Shown one piece after another: positions 27,100-37,728 of a stretch of 64,000 nt of DNA. This stretch comes from Candidatus Iainarchaeum sp. (lineage in GTDB: Archaea > Iainarchaeota > Iainarchaeia > Iainarchaeales > JAGVWC01). A program made the translations under genes and the position numbers. The notes beneath the pieces are model-generated. The model worked only from the letters and a program-made list of their open reading frames with translations. It was not told the DNA's origin and did not search any database. The stretch lies in the NCBI GenBank assembly GCA_018304465.1, contig JAGVWC010000011.1, positions 32,001 through 96,000 of the forward strand. Reading direction: 5' to 3'. Every line of letters starts with the position of its first letter. Positions within the stretch are counted from its first letter, which is position 1.

Positions 27100-29967
27100 T
27101 CACTTATTATGTATATAATCCATCGTCGCCCGATATTTTGGCGCGTCCGAAATCGGCTGATCCTGATATTCCAACAGGCCCCAAGAACCATATTTGGTTG
27201 GGAAATAAACGTTCTCAAACATCACCATCAAGCCACCGCCATTCGCAAACCACACACTAAAATATTCCTGGTATTGCGTATACATTCTCGCGTCCTCGTT
27301 GGCGGCAATCAGTTTGTCAGTCAGAGTCTGGTTGTTGAGGTAAGTAAAATTGGCCGGGACCAAACTCTGGCCGCCTTGATCAGCAATTAAAGCCAGATTA
27401 TATCTGTCAGCGACCTGCTTATTGGCGATGATCCACGACGTAACCTCCCCAGTAATTGAAGCTTCGGCGCGGTCTAATATTTCAGGGACCGTAATGGTCG
27501 AAATTTCGTTGTTTTTGCCAATTTGATCAGCCACGGCTGCGCCAAAATAAGGCGCGATCGATAAAGCGTCGGCCGAAATATTGTATGGATTAATCGTCGG
27601 ATTATAAAATGATTTAAGAATAAATGTGGCCACGTAACTATTTCCGGCTTGGCTCGCCAACACCTTGACGAGCCGAGAGTCACCGCCAAATTCGTCCTCG
27701 AATATTTTAAATATCTCGGCTGACCGCTTCGCTTGGTAAACCAGTCCCGACGCCCAGATATCGCCAGCATCACTAACACCGTCGGTGCAATTATTATCCA
27801 GATGTAAGGAACAGCCCATTCGATCAACGTAAGCAGTCTGGTAGAAAACCGTATTCCATAATTCCGTCGAATATTCGATGTATATTTTTCGATCGGGGTT
27901 TAGCTGTTCATGAATCATGTTGGCTAAATTTTTCACATAATTGTCATCGGCCATCGCGGGAATGTTTACCCACATGTCGGCATTAAGCAAGTTGGAAATA
28001 CTAATCAGGTCTTCCATCGCCGCTCCGGTCGACATTTTTATGGTAAAGTCTCCATTCGAGGCTTCGTTAAACGAAGTCTCACTATACAACGGAGGACGAA
28101 CCAAATTATTATAGTCAAAATTAAACGTATAATCGTCAATCACTTGAACCATCAGATTCGAAAGGTTAAAAGACTTAGCAATCGTCTCCCCCGAAGCGTC
28201 CTTCAAAGTCGTGGAAGCATCAGATCCAGAAATCGTAACGAGTTGTCCCGTAATCAGATGGTGCGGCGAAAGCGTTTTCACCTGCGCGGTATAATTCGAG
28301 GCAAAAAAAGATTTATCTAGAACCTTTTTTATCGAACTGATTGGACCGGTTCGAATAATCAGTTTATTTTGCGTATAATACCCTGGTTTTGTCCGGTCTT
28401 CCCAACGAGCCATGTTGGTATTAACGGTCAACATCGCGTCCACATATCGAATAACCGAAAATCCGTTCAATCGTTGCAAGAAAGTCGGATAGAACACATT
28501 TTGACTGTAATTATTTTCAAATCCTGGCAGAATCATCCGAATATTTCGCACATGATTTGCAGGATTTGACCGAGTAATCTGTAGGTGGATTCCTCCGTTC
28601 GTCGGAGTAACGTTGAGAAGAATTTTCCCCGGCGTTGATGAAATTACTTCGGTATCGCCAATAAACTTCAAGTCCCCGTCTCCATCATAAAAAACCGTAT
28701 AGGTGCCGGCAGGATATTTTCCTTTGATTGAATCAAAAAGCAAAGTCTCGACAACCGTCGGATACGCCTCACCTGGAACTTGATACGGCAGTTCCAAAGG
28801 ATACCCCGCCTCATCCGAAGGCAGTTCCGCTTCCAGACCGGTATCCCAAATGGTCCAATCGATCAGGCGGGTTTGGGTATTCCATTTTCGGGTAATCCAT
28901 GGTCTAGTCAACTTGAAAACGTTCGTATAGGGTATTTGTCCATCATAATCATTAAACCACGCCAGATTATTTCCGATTAATTTGTTGTTACCTATACAAC
29001 CTAAACTGTTCAAGTCTTGACAATTTGCTTGGCAGGTTAATGTTCCTCCTGTATACCCTTTGGTTTGGCAGGTTTGCCCGTTCAAATCGGTTTTGTCACA
29101 AACTTCGGACCCTTCGCGCAAACCATTCCCGCAAGTTTGAGTCAAAGTGGATCCACAAGCAGAAAAGTTGAAATCCGTACAATTAGAAAGGCAAAAAAGA
29201 ACTCCAGATGAAAACCCCTTGGAAATACACGTTTGATTATTCAAGTCCGATCCGTCGCAGGTTTCGGTTCCTTCTCGTAGATTGTTGCCGCAGGTTTGAA
29301 CCAAAGTTACTGGACAAACACCACAATCGGTTGGACAACTGGAACAAGTTTCGGTCGCGTTACAGGAACCGTCGCCGCAAACCTGAGTCGAAGAGTCGGG
29401 GGGTAATGGGTCTTGGCCGTCATCCGATCCATCGCCGCTTTCGAACGTACAATCGTTTGGGCAGTTAAACGGCGTTTCCCGCAAATCGCAATTTCCGTTG
29501 TTATTGCATACCCCCGCACAATCGCTTGGACACGATGAAACGGTTTCGCCGATGAGAACATTGCAAAAACCATCTGTCACACATCGGCCGGTTGAAGCCG
29601 GACAATCCTTTTTACACGAAACCGAATTCTCGCCGATGTCGGGTTCACAAGAACCGTTTTCATTGCACGCAAAACAATCCACCAAACACGTATTCGCGGA
29701 TTCGCCGGGTTCACACACTTTGTTTCCGCAACGCGGAATAGAAAAATTTGTTCCCGGATTCGACGTAACGACATTCGAAATTCGGTCCGCAATCTTATTG
29801 ATATCTCCCGCATTATCCATTGCCGACCCGACGCGATCCGGTCCGACCAACGGCGAAACAAAAACCAAGAAAAAAATACTCGAACCAAGCCCTACAAAAA
29901 CAATGAATGTAAGTATTTGGTTCAAAGACAATTTTGTAAGTGCCGGAAAAAGACTTCCAAACCCCAT
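27100..29967 (-). CDS. Membrane-anchored surface protein: Cys-rich repeats plus clan-A glycoside hydrolase-like TIM barrel
   Basis: N-terminal TM, CGNxxCExGE..CxxDC and CGNxxREGxExCDxxDLNxQTC repeats, then ADMWVNIP...IYIEYSTELWN...ADQGGQ...KYGSWGLLE. Confidence 0.75.
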   Translation of the reverse strand: MGFGSLFPALTKLSLNQILTFIVFVGLGSSIFFLVFVSPLVGPDRVGSAMDNAGDINKIADRISNVVTSNPGTNFSIPRCGNKVCEPGESANTCLVDCFACNENGSCEPDIGENSVSCKKDCPASTGRCVTDGFCNVLIGETVSSCPSDCAGVCNNNGNCDLRETPFNCPNDCTFESGDGSDDGQDPLPPDSSTQVCGDGSCNATETCSSCPTDCGVCPVTLVQTCGNNLREGTETCDGSDLNNQTCISKGFSSGVLFCLSNCTDFNFSACGSTLTQTCGNGLREGSEVCDKTDLNGQTCQTKGYTGGTLTCQANCQDLNSLGCIGNNKLIGNNLAWFNDYDGQIPYTNVFKLTRPWITRKWNTQTRLIDWTIWDTGLEAELPSDEAGYPLELPYQVPGEAYPTVVETLLFDSIKGKYPAGTYTVFYDGDGDLKFIGDTEVISSTPGKILLNVTPTNGGIHLQITRSNPANHVRNIRMILPGFENNYSQNVFYPTFLQRLNGFSVIRYVDAMLTVNTNMARWEDRTKPGYYTQNKLIIRTGPISSIKKVLDKSFFASNYTAQVKTLSPHHLITGQLVTISGSDASTTLKDASGETIAKSFNLSNLMVQVIDDYTFNFDYNNLVRPPLYSETSFNEASNGDFTIKMSTGAAMEDLISISNLLNADMWVNIPAMADDNYVKNLANMIHEQLNPDRKIYIEYSTELWNTVFYQTAYVDRMGCSLHLDNNCTDGVSDAGDIWASGLVYQAKRSAEIFKIFEDEFGGDSRLVKVLASQAGNSYVATFILKSFYNPTINPYNISADALSIAPYFGAAVADQIGKNNEISTITVPEILDRAEASITGEVTSWIIANKQVADRYNLALIADQGGQSLVPANFTYLNNQTLTDKLIAANEDARMYTQYQEYFSVWFANGGGLMVMFENVYFPTKYGSWGLLEYQDQPISDAPKYRATMDYIHNK

Positions 29968-30053
29968 GTAGTTAAAAAATAGTATCTGAGTATTTAAGTG
30001 TTTCTTAAAGATTTACACTTAAATCCAAAAAAAGAATGCTTCAAAAGAAACGG

Positions 30054-30734
30054 TCAGGTTTCTTGCGCGATTTGGTGCATCAGTTGGTTTTCGGTTCTGC
30101 GCAAATGGTCTTTCAAAGTCGTGTACGGAACCCCGATTTTTTTGGCCAAGGATTCAAGCGAAATTTTGCGCGGATACTCGTAATACCCTTCGTCAAGCGC
30201 CCGGTGCCACCAATCCAAATCCTGCGCGTCCACCTGTGGAACGCTTGAAAAAGAAACAAACCCCGTCTTGCGATTCTTGATCGAAACCAGTTCCGCGGTC
30301 GCGTAAATTTTTTGTTTCTGGATTTTTTCAAGCAATCGGGTTAAATTTTCTTTCTTGTTGCTTCCGACTTTCCACCACTGAAACCCTTTTTCCTCAAGCA
30401 CGGGGCCAAGAAAAAAAACCGTCTTGTCCGCCACCAGCGTGTGAAAACTCCGGATCGCTTTTTGCGCGAAAAAAACCACGTCTCCTTCCCGATGAATCAC
30501 GTCCGAATCGGGGTGATTCAGCAATTCCGAAATCGCTTTTTCCTTGTCCACGCCCCAAAACTTCGCCAACCGCATCAATTTGGGCTGGCCGTTTTCCTCA
30601 AACGTGTTTAAGTACTGCGAAAACATATGCACGTCATATTTTTCGGACAACGGCAGCAATGGAGAACCCTTGTGCCACACTTTAAACTCCGCGATCCACA
30701 CTTCAAAACACCATCCTTGAAACGACGATTTCAT
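30054..30734 (-). CDS. Bacterio-opsin activator-like (HTH_10) DNA-binding protein
   Basis: C-terminal ALDEGYYEYPRKISLESLAKKIGVPYTTLKDHLRRTE. Confidence 0.85.
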   Translation of the reverse strand: MKSSFQGWCFEVWIAEFKVWHKGSPLLPLSEKYDVHMFSQYLNTFEENGQPKLMRLAKFWGVDKEKAISELLNHPDSDVIHREGDVVFFAQKAIRSFHTLVADKTVFFLGPVLEEKGFQWWKVGSNKKENLTRLLEKIQKQKIYATAELVSIKNRKTGFVSFSSVPQVDAQDLDWWHRALDEGYYEYPRKISLESLAKKIGVPYTTLKDHLRRTENQLMHQIAQET

Positions 30735-31311
30735 TTATCCATTCCATCAACCCTCTTCGAGTCAAAAAAAATTCTTTTACAAACGCCCGTGTCCGGCGGC
30801 GACCAATTTTTTCAACCAGCCTGGTCGCTGCGTTCTCAAATGCATGCACTTTATTTTCCCACGCCAATGAACCTGACAAAATATATTCCATCCGATCAAA
30901 TGATTTTCTCGCCAGTTTTTTTTCCTCAAAAGAAAGCCCCGTTCGATCCGCGGAATACGAAAACGCCATGCGATCCGCCACGTTTTGCAGCCGGGAAATC
31001 ATTTTCGCCGAAGGCGGTAGCCTCCATCGCATCTGACCCGAACGAACCCCGTCAAGAAAAACCTCCAAACTCGCGCCCTTCAACCGAACTTTGGGATCCG
31101 GCGAACGTTTCAATGCCGCGATTTCTGCTTCGAATTCCCGCGCTTGTTCGGTTGTTTCATCGCGATAGAGCAATTCCCGAATACGTTCATTCAGACTTAT
31201 CATCGCTTTTTTGGAAGGGCCTTTCATTCCCCGCCATCTGCGTTTGACATTCGAACGCATCGTTCGAACCTTCGAACGCACCCGACCCGCCAACGGTTTC
31301 AACGGTTTCAT
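30703..31311 (-). CDS. Hypothetical highly basic protein
   Basis: ATG 31311 (MKPLKPLAGRVRSKVR...). The ORF fills the gap divergent from the YyaL-like gene. Confidence 0.55.
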   Translation of the reverse strand: MKPLKPLAGRVRSKVRTMRSNVKRRWRGMKGPSKKAMISLNERIRELLYRDETTEQAREFEAEIAALKRSPDPKVRLKGASLEVFLDGVRSGQMRWRLPPSAKMISRLQNVADRMAFSYSADRTGLSFEEKKLARKSFDRMEYILSGSLAWENKVHAFENAATRLVEKIGRRRTRAFVKEFFLTRRGLMEWINEIVVSRMVF

Positions 31312-31389
31312 CAATACGTCATCCGACAAAGATGCATTTATTTGTTTTGGGAACAAAACCCATTTATTACCGCTGTTCCAGGTTCCTAT

Positions 31390-32838
31390 ATGCAAACCAT
31401 TCAATGGCAACCGTTCTTTGAAGAAGCGTTTAAAAAAGCCAAAACCGAAAACAAACCGATTCTCTTGTCGATCAGCGCCAGCTGGTGTCATTGGTGCCAT
31501 CGCATGGACCACGATTCGTTCGAAAAAACCGCGGTGGTCGAACAAGTCAACCGCGATTTCATTCCGATCCGGGTTGACAGCAACGAGCGCCCGGACATCA
31601 ACGCGCGCTACAACGCCGGCGGATGGCCCACGGTCGTTATCATGGATCCAAACGGGATTCCGTTTCGCGAAACCCTGTACCTAAACGAATCCGATTTCAA
31701 AAAATTCTTATCCGACGGCCACGCGGATTATGCAAATCCTGATCCGAATTCTTCCGCGATTCCGATCGAAACAAAACAAGCACCTCCTTTTTCACAACTT
31801 GAATCAACACCCGACGAACACCGAACGGTTGAAATCGAAGTGATCCAAAAAATAAAATCCTTGTTCGATCCCCAATACGGCGGATTCGGAATCCAACCCA
31901 AATTCCCGCAACCGGAAATCCTGCGTTTTTTACTTTTTAAAACCGAAAAAAACAAGGATCCTGACCTGGAAAAAATATTGTTGACGACATTGGACGCGCT
32001 GCAATCCCGCGGATTGTTCGACAAAGAAGAAGGCGGTTTTTTTCGCTACTGCACCACGCGCGAGTGGAGTATTCCGCATTCCGAAAAAATGCTTGAAGAC
32101 AACGCCCAACTCGTTGAAATCTTTGGCCGCGCCGGAAACCGGTTCAAAAAACCCGATTACATCAAAACCGCCCAAAAAACAATGGATTACCTTGAAAAAA
32201 ACCTCAAAGACCCCGTTTCGGGTCTCTTTAACGGATCTCAAACCGCCGACGAAAAGTATTATTCCCTTTCGTTATCCGAACGCCAACAAAAAACCCCTCC
32301 AACGAGCCAGGAAACCCAGTTTCTCGGAGGAAACGCGTTCATGGTGCGTGCGTTTCTTGGTTTGGGAAAAAACGAGGACGCACGAGTATTGCTCCAAAAA
32401 ATAACCGCGATTTTTTATCGTGAAAACCACGTGCGACACAGCACCACACCCGGCTCGAACCTGTTTTGGCTCGAAGACGCCGCGCTTCTTTTGGACGCCA
32501 TTCTAAACTATGAAGAAACAAATCCGGGTCAAAACAGCGACGAGGCTCCGATTCTTGCCGGCCTCATCATCAGAAAATTTTTCTCAGCCGATCAACACGC
32601 GTTTGCCGACATTCCGGATTCCTCAGGACACCTTGGACTCCTCGCCGAACCGCTGTACCCGATTTTTGGAAACAGCCTCATGATCCGAAACCTGAACCGG
32701 GTCAGCCGGCTCACCGGTAACCCCGAATGGAACGCGTATGCCAAAAAAACCTTTGCCTCGTTTTATTCCGATTACAAAAAACACGGAATTTTCGCGGCGA
32801 CATACGCGTTGGCGGCATCTGAACTCAAAAACGCTTAG
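31390..32838 (+). CDS. YyaL/SSP411-like thioredoxin (DUF255) plus alpha/alpha-barrel protein
   Basis: SWCHWCHRM, ERPDI, GGWPT, GGFG.QPKFP, GGFFRY, EKMLEDNA. Start ATG 31390. Confidence 0.88.
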   Translation: MQTIQWQPFFEEAFKKAKTENKPILLSISASWCHWCHRMDHDSFEKTAVVEQVNRDFIPIRVDSNERPDINARYNAGGWPTVVIMDPNGIPFRETLYLNESDFKKFLSDGHADYANPDPNSSAIPIETKQAPPFSQLESTPDEHRTVEIEVIQKIKSLFDPQYGGFGIQPKFPQPEILRFLLFKTEKNKDPDLEKILLTTLDALQSRGLFDKEEGGFFRYCTTREWSIPHSEKMLEDNAQLVEIFGRAGNRFKKPDYIKTAQKTMDYLEKNLKDPVSGLFNGSQTADEKYYSLSLSERQQKTPPTSQETQFLGGNAFMVRAFLGLGKNEDARVLLQKITAIFYRENHVRHSTTPGSNLFWLEDAALLLDAILNYEETNPGQNSDEAPILAGLIIRKFFSADQHAFADIPDSSGHLGLLAEPLYPIFGNSLMIRNLNRVSRLTGNPEWNAYAKKTFASFYSDYKKHGIFAATYALAASELKNA

Positions 32839-32841
32839 CGT

Positions 32842-33885
32842 TTAAATGATCCGGTTCTGTTTTTTTCCCCGTTGGAACGCGACGATGTTCGACAAGGTTT
32901 CGTCCAAAATCCGCTGTAACGCCTCTTTGGAATTAAACGCGTTGTGCGGCGTGATAATCACGTTCGGACGGTTTAACATCCGGTACTCGAGCAGCAACGA
33001 ATCTTTCTGCGTCTGGGACAAGTGCTGAAAAAACACCTGGGTTTCTTCCTTGACCAGGTTTTCGTTTTCAAGCACGTCAAGACCCGCTCCCGCGATCAAC
33101 TTGCGGTCCAACGCCCAGCTTAAAGCCGCGGTATCCACGATTCCGCCGCGCGCCGTATTGATCAGGATCGCGTTTTTTTTCATCGACCGGATATTTTTCT
33201 TGTTGATCAAATGAAAAGTCGACGGAAGCAAGGGACAATGCAGGCTCACCACATCCGAAGTTCTAAGCAATTCCTCCAATGAAACGAACTGGCAGTTAAA
33301 CTCCTTGACCCATTCTTGTTCCACGGTGGGATTATTCGCGATAATATTCATGCCAAACCCCTTGGCGATACGCGCCACGTGCCAACCGATACGCCCCGCC
33401 CCCACGATTCCGATGGTTTTTCCCTTCAAATCCCACCCCGTGAGACCCTTCGTGGAAAAATTCCCCCGCGTCGTGCGCTCGAACGCCAAATGCACTTTTC
33501 GAGAAAGATTCAGAATCAAGGCAAACGAGTGTTCGGCCACGGTGTTTTCACCATATGCCGGAACATTTGCCACCGCGATTTTTCGTCGACGGCATTCTTC
33601 AAGATCCACATTGTCAAAACCCGTGCTCATGCAACAAATCAGTTTCAGTTTCGGCAACCGATCCAATAACGATTTGTTCAATTTCGAATTCACGAACACG
33701 GTCAGGATTTCCGAATTCTCATGACGCTTGATATTTCCCTTGGTCAAGACCGAAGAATAACCAATGCCGGTCATTTTCGGAAGGGTTTTTTTAAACAATT
33801 CTTTTGCTTCCGGAACAAGGCTATAGAAAGACAATTGATTCGAAAAAACGGTTTTGGTCACGGTTCGGGAGCTGGACTTTTCCAT
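32842..33885 (-). CDS. D-lactate/D-2-hydroxyacid dehydrogenase
   Basis: STGFDNVD, NVPAYG, GAGRIG, SLHCPL, INTARG, LDVLE, TPHNAF. Confidence 0.9.
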   Translation of the reverse strand: MEKSSSRTVTKTVFSNQLSFYSLVPEAKELFKKTLPKMTGIGYSSVLTKGNIKRHENSEILTVFVNSKLNKSLLDRLPKLKLICCMSTGFDNVDLEECRRRKIAVANVPAYGENTVAEHSFALILNLSRKVHLAFERTTRGNFSTKGLTGWDLKGKTIGIVGAGRIGWHVARIAKGFGMNIIANNPTVEQEWVKEFNCQFVSLEELLRTSDVVSLHCPLLPSTFHLINKKNIRSMKKNAILINTARGGIVDTAALSWALDRKLIAGAGLDVLENENLVKEETQVFFQHLSQTQKDSLLLEYRMLNRPNVIITPHNAFNSKEALQRILDETLSNIVAFQRGKKQNRII

Positions 33886-33987
33886 GAATATACCTCATTA
33901 CCCAACTATTAAAATACTATAACTCCTCTATGATATATACCACGCTTCTTTAAAAACTTTTGAAACAAAACCATCGGAAGGAAAAAA

Positions 33988-34944
33988 ATGCAACTATCAG
34001 CAACGGTTCCAAGAACCATTGAAAAAGAACCGATTTGGGATCTCGTCATTGTCGGATACGGCGTTACGGGTCTTGCTGCCGCTATGTACGCGGGGCGGCT
34101 CGAAATGAAAACGCTTCTGGTCGGGGAAAATCCTGGCGGCGTCATCACGTGGACCGACATCGTTGAAAATTATCCTGGTTTTATCAAGCTCACGGGACAA
34201 GAACTCGTCGACAAACTCAAAGTGCACGCCCAACAATACAACGTTCCGATGGAATACGACCGCATCGAAACCATCGAGAAAAACAATAACGGTTCGTTTC
34301 GACTTGTCGGAGTGGATAAAACCTATCACGCAAAAGCTGTGCTGATTGCCACCGGAACCAAAGTCAAAAAACTCGAAGTACCCGGACTGGAAAAATTCGA
34401 CATGCGCGGAGTCCAGTATTGCGCATTATGCGACGGCGCGTTGTTTAAAGGACGAAACATCGCGGTGATCGGCGGAAGCGATTCCGCTGCCAAAGAAGCC
34501 ATTGTACTATCTCGATTCGCTCGCCAAGTCTACATGATTTATCGCGGAGACGCCATCCGAGCCGAACCCTCAAACCGCGACCGCATCAAACTGATTCCCA
34601 ACATTGAAATCATCACGAACACCAACGTGACCGAATTCTTGGGGACCAAATTCCTTGAAAAAATAAAAATCGACCGTCCCTACAACGGAAAAACCGAATT
34701 GCCCCTGGACGCGGTGTTCGTTGCCATCGGTCACATTCCCTTATCCGAAATCGTCAAAGAACTTGGCGTCAAAACCAACAACCACGGAGAAATCATCATC
34801 GACCGGGAATCCAAAACCAACGTTGCGGGAATATTCGCCGCAGGCGACGTCGTGGACACCAAATTCAAACAAGCCATCGTTGGCGTGGGCGAGGCAGTCG
34901 TCGCCGTGTATTCCGCTTTTCAGTTCGTTTCCGAGAAAAAATAA
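33988..34944 (+). CDS. trxB: Thioredoxin reductase
   Basis: VENYPGF, YCALCDG, IGGSDSA, FAAGDV. Confidence 0.88.
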   Translation: MQLSATVPRTIEKEPIWDLVIVGYGVTGLAAAMYAGRLEMKTLLVGENPGGVITWTDIVENYPGFIKLTGQELVDKLKVHAQQYNVPMEYDRIETIEKNNNGSFRLVGVDKTYHAKAVLIATGTKVKKLEVPGLEKFDMRGVQYCALCDGALFKGRNIAVIGGSDSAAKEAIVLSRFARQVYMIYRGDAIRAEPSNRDRIKLIPNIEIITNTNVTEFLGTKFLEKIKIDRPYNGKTELPLDAVFVAIGHIPLSEIVKELGVKTNNHGEIIIDRESKTNVAGIFAAGDVVDTKFKQAIVGVGEAVVAVYSAFQFVSEKK

Positions 34945-34948
34945 TTCC

Positions 34949-35572
34949 CTATTTTTCGATCTTCAAAAAAATACCCGAAACGATTTTCGGATCCGCTTTG
35001 TCAAAAAAAATCGTTTTCACGATCGAACACCCGTTGACCACGAGCGGCAAGTCCACCAAAAAAACCTCGTCCGCTTCCGTCATTTCACCCAGAAAACTTT
35101 TTTTTCCGCCGATCGACTCCGCGATCCGAAACGAAAGCAAACCAACGCCGCCAATTCCAAGTGCTTCGGTTATTTTTTGAACCATGTCCTTTGAAAAACC
35201 GACTTCATGCAGGGCCCGAAAAGAAAAAATCACGTTGCACTCGCGCGGAAACGGGATCCTCCACGCGTCGCCTTCCAAAAAAACATCCGAGTGATTTTTC
35301 TTTGGGACCACCAGATCGATTCCGATGGTCTCGACTTTTTTACCGAACTTTTCCTTTAATTCAAACAAAGCCCGGGCTTTTCCGCATCCGATTTCAAGCA
35401 CCCGGACCGGAACCGGTTCCAAAAACCGCTCCGAAACAAAGTCTTCGATCGTCAACGGCTCCCCCATGTTTTTCAAAAAACCGTTGTATTGGGAAAGCGA
35501 GTTATCCTGGTCCAAAATACCCAGGGAATACTTTTCGGACAAACGGGCCATTTTTTTTTTTCGGTCAGTCAT
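34949..35572 (-). CDS. Class I SAM-dependent methyltransferase
   Basis: VLEIGCGKA, GIDL, EGDA motifs. Confidence 0.75.
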   Translation of the reverse strand: MTDRKKKMARLSEKYSLGILDQDNSLSQYNGFLKNMGEPLTIEDFVSERFLEPVPVRVLEIGCGKARALFELKEKFGKKVETIGIDLVVPKKNHSDVFLEGDAWRIPFPRECNVIFSFRALHEVGFSKDMVQKITEALGIGGVGLLSFRIAESIGGKKSFLGEMTEADEVFLVDLPLVVNGCSIVKTIFFDKADPKIVSGIFLKIEK

Positions 35573-35637
35573 ATGGACTATGTATAACACCGGCCAAAAA
35601 CCCATTAAAAAACCTTTTGATTCTTTTCTTTTGTTGA

Positions 35638-36168
35638 ATGAAAATATACACCAAAACCGGCGATGACGGTTCCACGCGCCTGGGCAGCGGACAAGTGCTC
35701 AAAAAATCCAGCCAGCGCATTGAAGCCTACGGTCAAATCGATGAACTTACTTCCTGGATTGGCGCCGCATTGGCATTCATGAGCAAAGAAGAACACGTCG
35801 AAGTACTCCGGGAAATCCAAAACGACTTGCACAAAATGATGGCGGAACTCTCGCAAAGCGAAAAAAAATTCGAAGGAATCGGCGAAAAAGACATTTCCGT
35901 CATCGAAGCCCTCATTGACGATTACGTGGAACAAATGCCGCCGCTCACCGCGTTCATTTTGCCCGGCGGCAGTAAAACCGCGGCGCTCATCCATTTGTGC
36001 CGCACCAGTTGCCGAAAAGCCGAACGCGAAGTCGTCAAACTCGGCCAGGAAGAATTCGTCAACCCGGTTCTGATCAAATATTTAAACCGGCTGAGCGACT
36101 TGTTGTTCGTTTTGGCCCGAAAACTCAACCATGAAGCCGGTGTCGTGGAAAGCAATCCCGAATACTAG
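35638..36168 (+). CDS. PduO-type cob(I)alamin adenosyltransferase
   Basis: IYTKTGDDG, AYGQIDEL, FILPGG, RKAER, YLNRLSDLLF. Confidence 0.93.
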   Translation: MKIYTKTGDDGSTRLGSGQVLKKSSQRIEAYGQIDELTSWIGAALAFMSKEEHVEVLREIQNDLHKMMAELSQSEKKFEGIGEKDISVIEALIDDYVEQMPPLTAFILPGGSKTAALIHLCRTSCRKAEREVVKLGQEEFVNPVLIKYLNRLSDLLFVLARKLNHEAGVVESNPEY

Positions 36169-36222
36169 TTTTTTTTTCATTGTTCCCATTCTTTTTTATT
36201 CCGCTGGCATCCTATAGTATAC

Positions 36223-37728
36223 ATGGTGGATCACCCTCCAGCGATTTTTGTGGTTTTCGGCGCAACCGGCGACTTGTTCAATCGAAAGCTGGCGCCGGCG
36301 TTCTTTAAAATGTACCAAAGCGGCTGGCTCTCCGACGCATTCGCCGTTGTTGGAATCGCGAGAAAACCCAAAGCAAACGAAGAATTCCGCGAACAAGTCA
36401 AACACGCGGTTCAAACCCACAGCCGCGGCATCAGTGCCACCAAACTCGAATCGTTTTTACCGCATCTTTTTTATCACCAAACCCATTTTGACGAAGACGA
36501 AGGATTCGAAACCCTGAGAGAACTGATCCTGTTCCTGGACAAAGAGTTTCACACCCAACAAAACCTGGTGTTTTACCTTGCCACCTTGCCGCACCAGTTC
36601 CATTCTATTTCATCCAAACTCAAAAAACACGGATTGGACAAAACCAACGGTTTTTGCCGCGTCATCATTGAAAAACCATTCGGAAAAGACCTGCAAAGCG
36701 CCGCGTTGCTTAACCGCCAACTATCCGATGTTTTTTCCGAAGAACAAATTTTTCGAATCGACCATTACCTGGGCAAAGAACTGGTTCAAAACTTACTCAT
36801 CACGCGGTTTGCCAACGACATTTTTCAGCATCCCTGGAACAACAAATTCGTGGACAGCGTCCAAATCATGGTCGCGGAACAAACCGGAATCCAAAACCGC
36901 GGAACATATTACGAAAAAGCCGGCGTATTAAACGACATGGTGCAAAACCACATTCTGCAACTGGTCGCGCTCACGGCCATGGACGCGCCCAAAAGTCTTG
37001 ATGCAAAAGACATTGTCACGGAAAAAATAAAAGTGCTTAAACAACTGCATTCCTCGAACCGAAAAGGAAACAACGTCGTGGTCTTGGGACAATACCGGCA
37101 AGGAACTGTCGATGACAAACCCGTCGTGGGCTACCGCGAAGAAAAAGACGTGGACCCCTACTCGAACGTTCCGACGTTTGCCGCGCTTCGGCTTGAAATC
37201 AACAACAAAACCTGGAAAGGCGTTCCATTTTACATCCGGACCGGAAAACGCATGCCGAAAAATTCCGCGCGCATCTGGCTTGATTTTAAAAGCAAAACAA
37301 AACCGTTATTCCAAAATCTCAGTCAAAAAATTCACTCCAATCACCTCGAATTTCGCATCCAACCCGACGAAGGCATCGCGCTTTTCTTCAATGTCAAAGT
37401 TCCCGGACGAAAACTCGAAATAAAACCGTATCACCTGGACTTTTGCCACGAATGCGAATTCGCGTTAAACACGCCCGAAGCTTACGAACGCTTGCTCTCT
37501 GACTGCTTGCATAACGACAAAACGCTTTTCACGAGCTGGGAAGAAACTCGCTACGCGTGGAAAGTCCTCGAACCCATCAAGCACATCTGCGAACACACCG
37601 TCACGGAATGCCCGACGTATCTCGCGGGAACCTGGGGTCCCAAAGAAGCCGACGAACTCATCGAAAAAGACGGCCGAACCTGGCATGCGCCAAAAGACTA
37701 CACTGGAGGGAAAAACGGTGCCTATTAA
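36223..37728 (+). CDS. zwf: Glucose-6-phosphate 1-dehydrogenase
   Basis: FGATGDL, EKPFG, RIDHYLGKE, DMVQNH, GVPFYIRTGK. Confidence 0.96.
   Translation: MVDHPPAIFVVFGATGDLFNRKLAPAFFKMYQSGWLSDAFAVVGIARKPKANEEFREQVKHAVQTHSRGISATKLESFLPHLFYHQTHFDEDEGFETLRELILFLDKEFHTQQNLVFYLATLPHQFHSISSKLKKHGLDKTNGFCRVIIEKPFGKDLQSAALLNRQLSDVFSEEQIFRIDHYLGKELVQNLLITRFANDIFQHPWNNKFVDSVQIMVAEQTGIQNRGTYYEKAGVLNDMVQNHILQLVALTAMDAPKSLDAKDIVTEKIKVLKQLHSSNRKGNNVVVLGQYRQGTVDDKPVVGYREEKDVDPYSNVPTFAALRLEINNKTWKGVPFYIRTGKRMPKNSARIWLDFKSKTKPLFQNLSQKIHSNHLEFRIQPDEGIALFFNVKVPGRKLEIKPYHLDFCHECEFALNTPEAYERLLSDCLHNDKTLFTSWEETRYAWKVLEPIKHICEHTVTECPTYLAGTWGPKEADELIEKDGRTWHAPKDYTGGKNGAY

Noticed and set aside
31144-31545. Mutual 5' overlap of the YyaL-like ORF and the basic ORF
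   Set aside because: Artefact of longest-ORF starts. ATG 31390 (+) and ATG 31311 (-) give a normal divergent pair.
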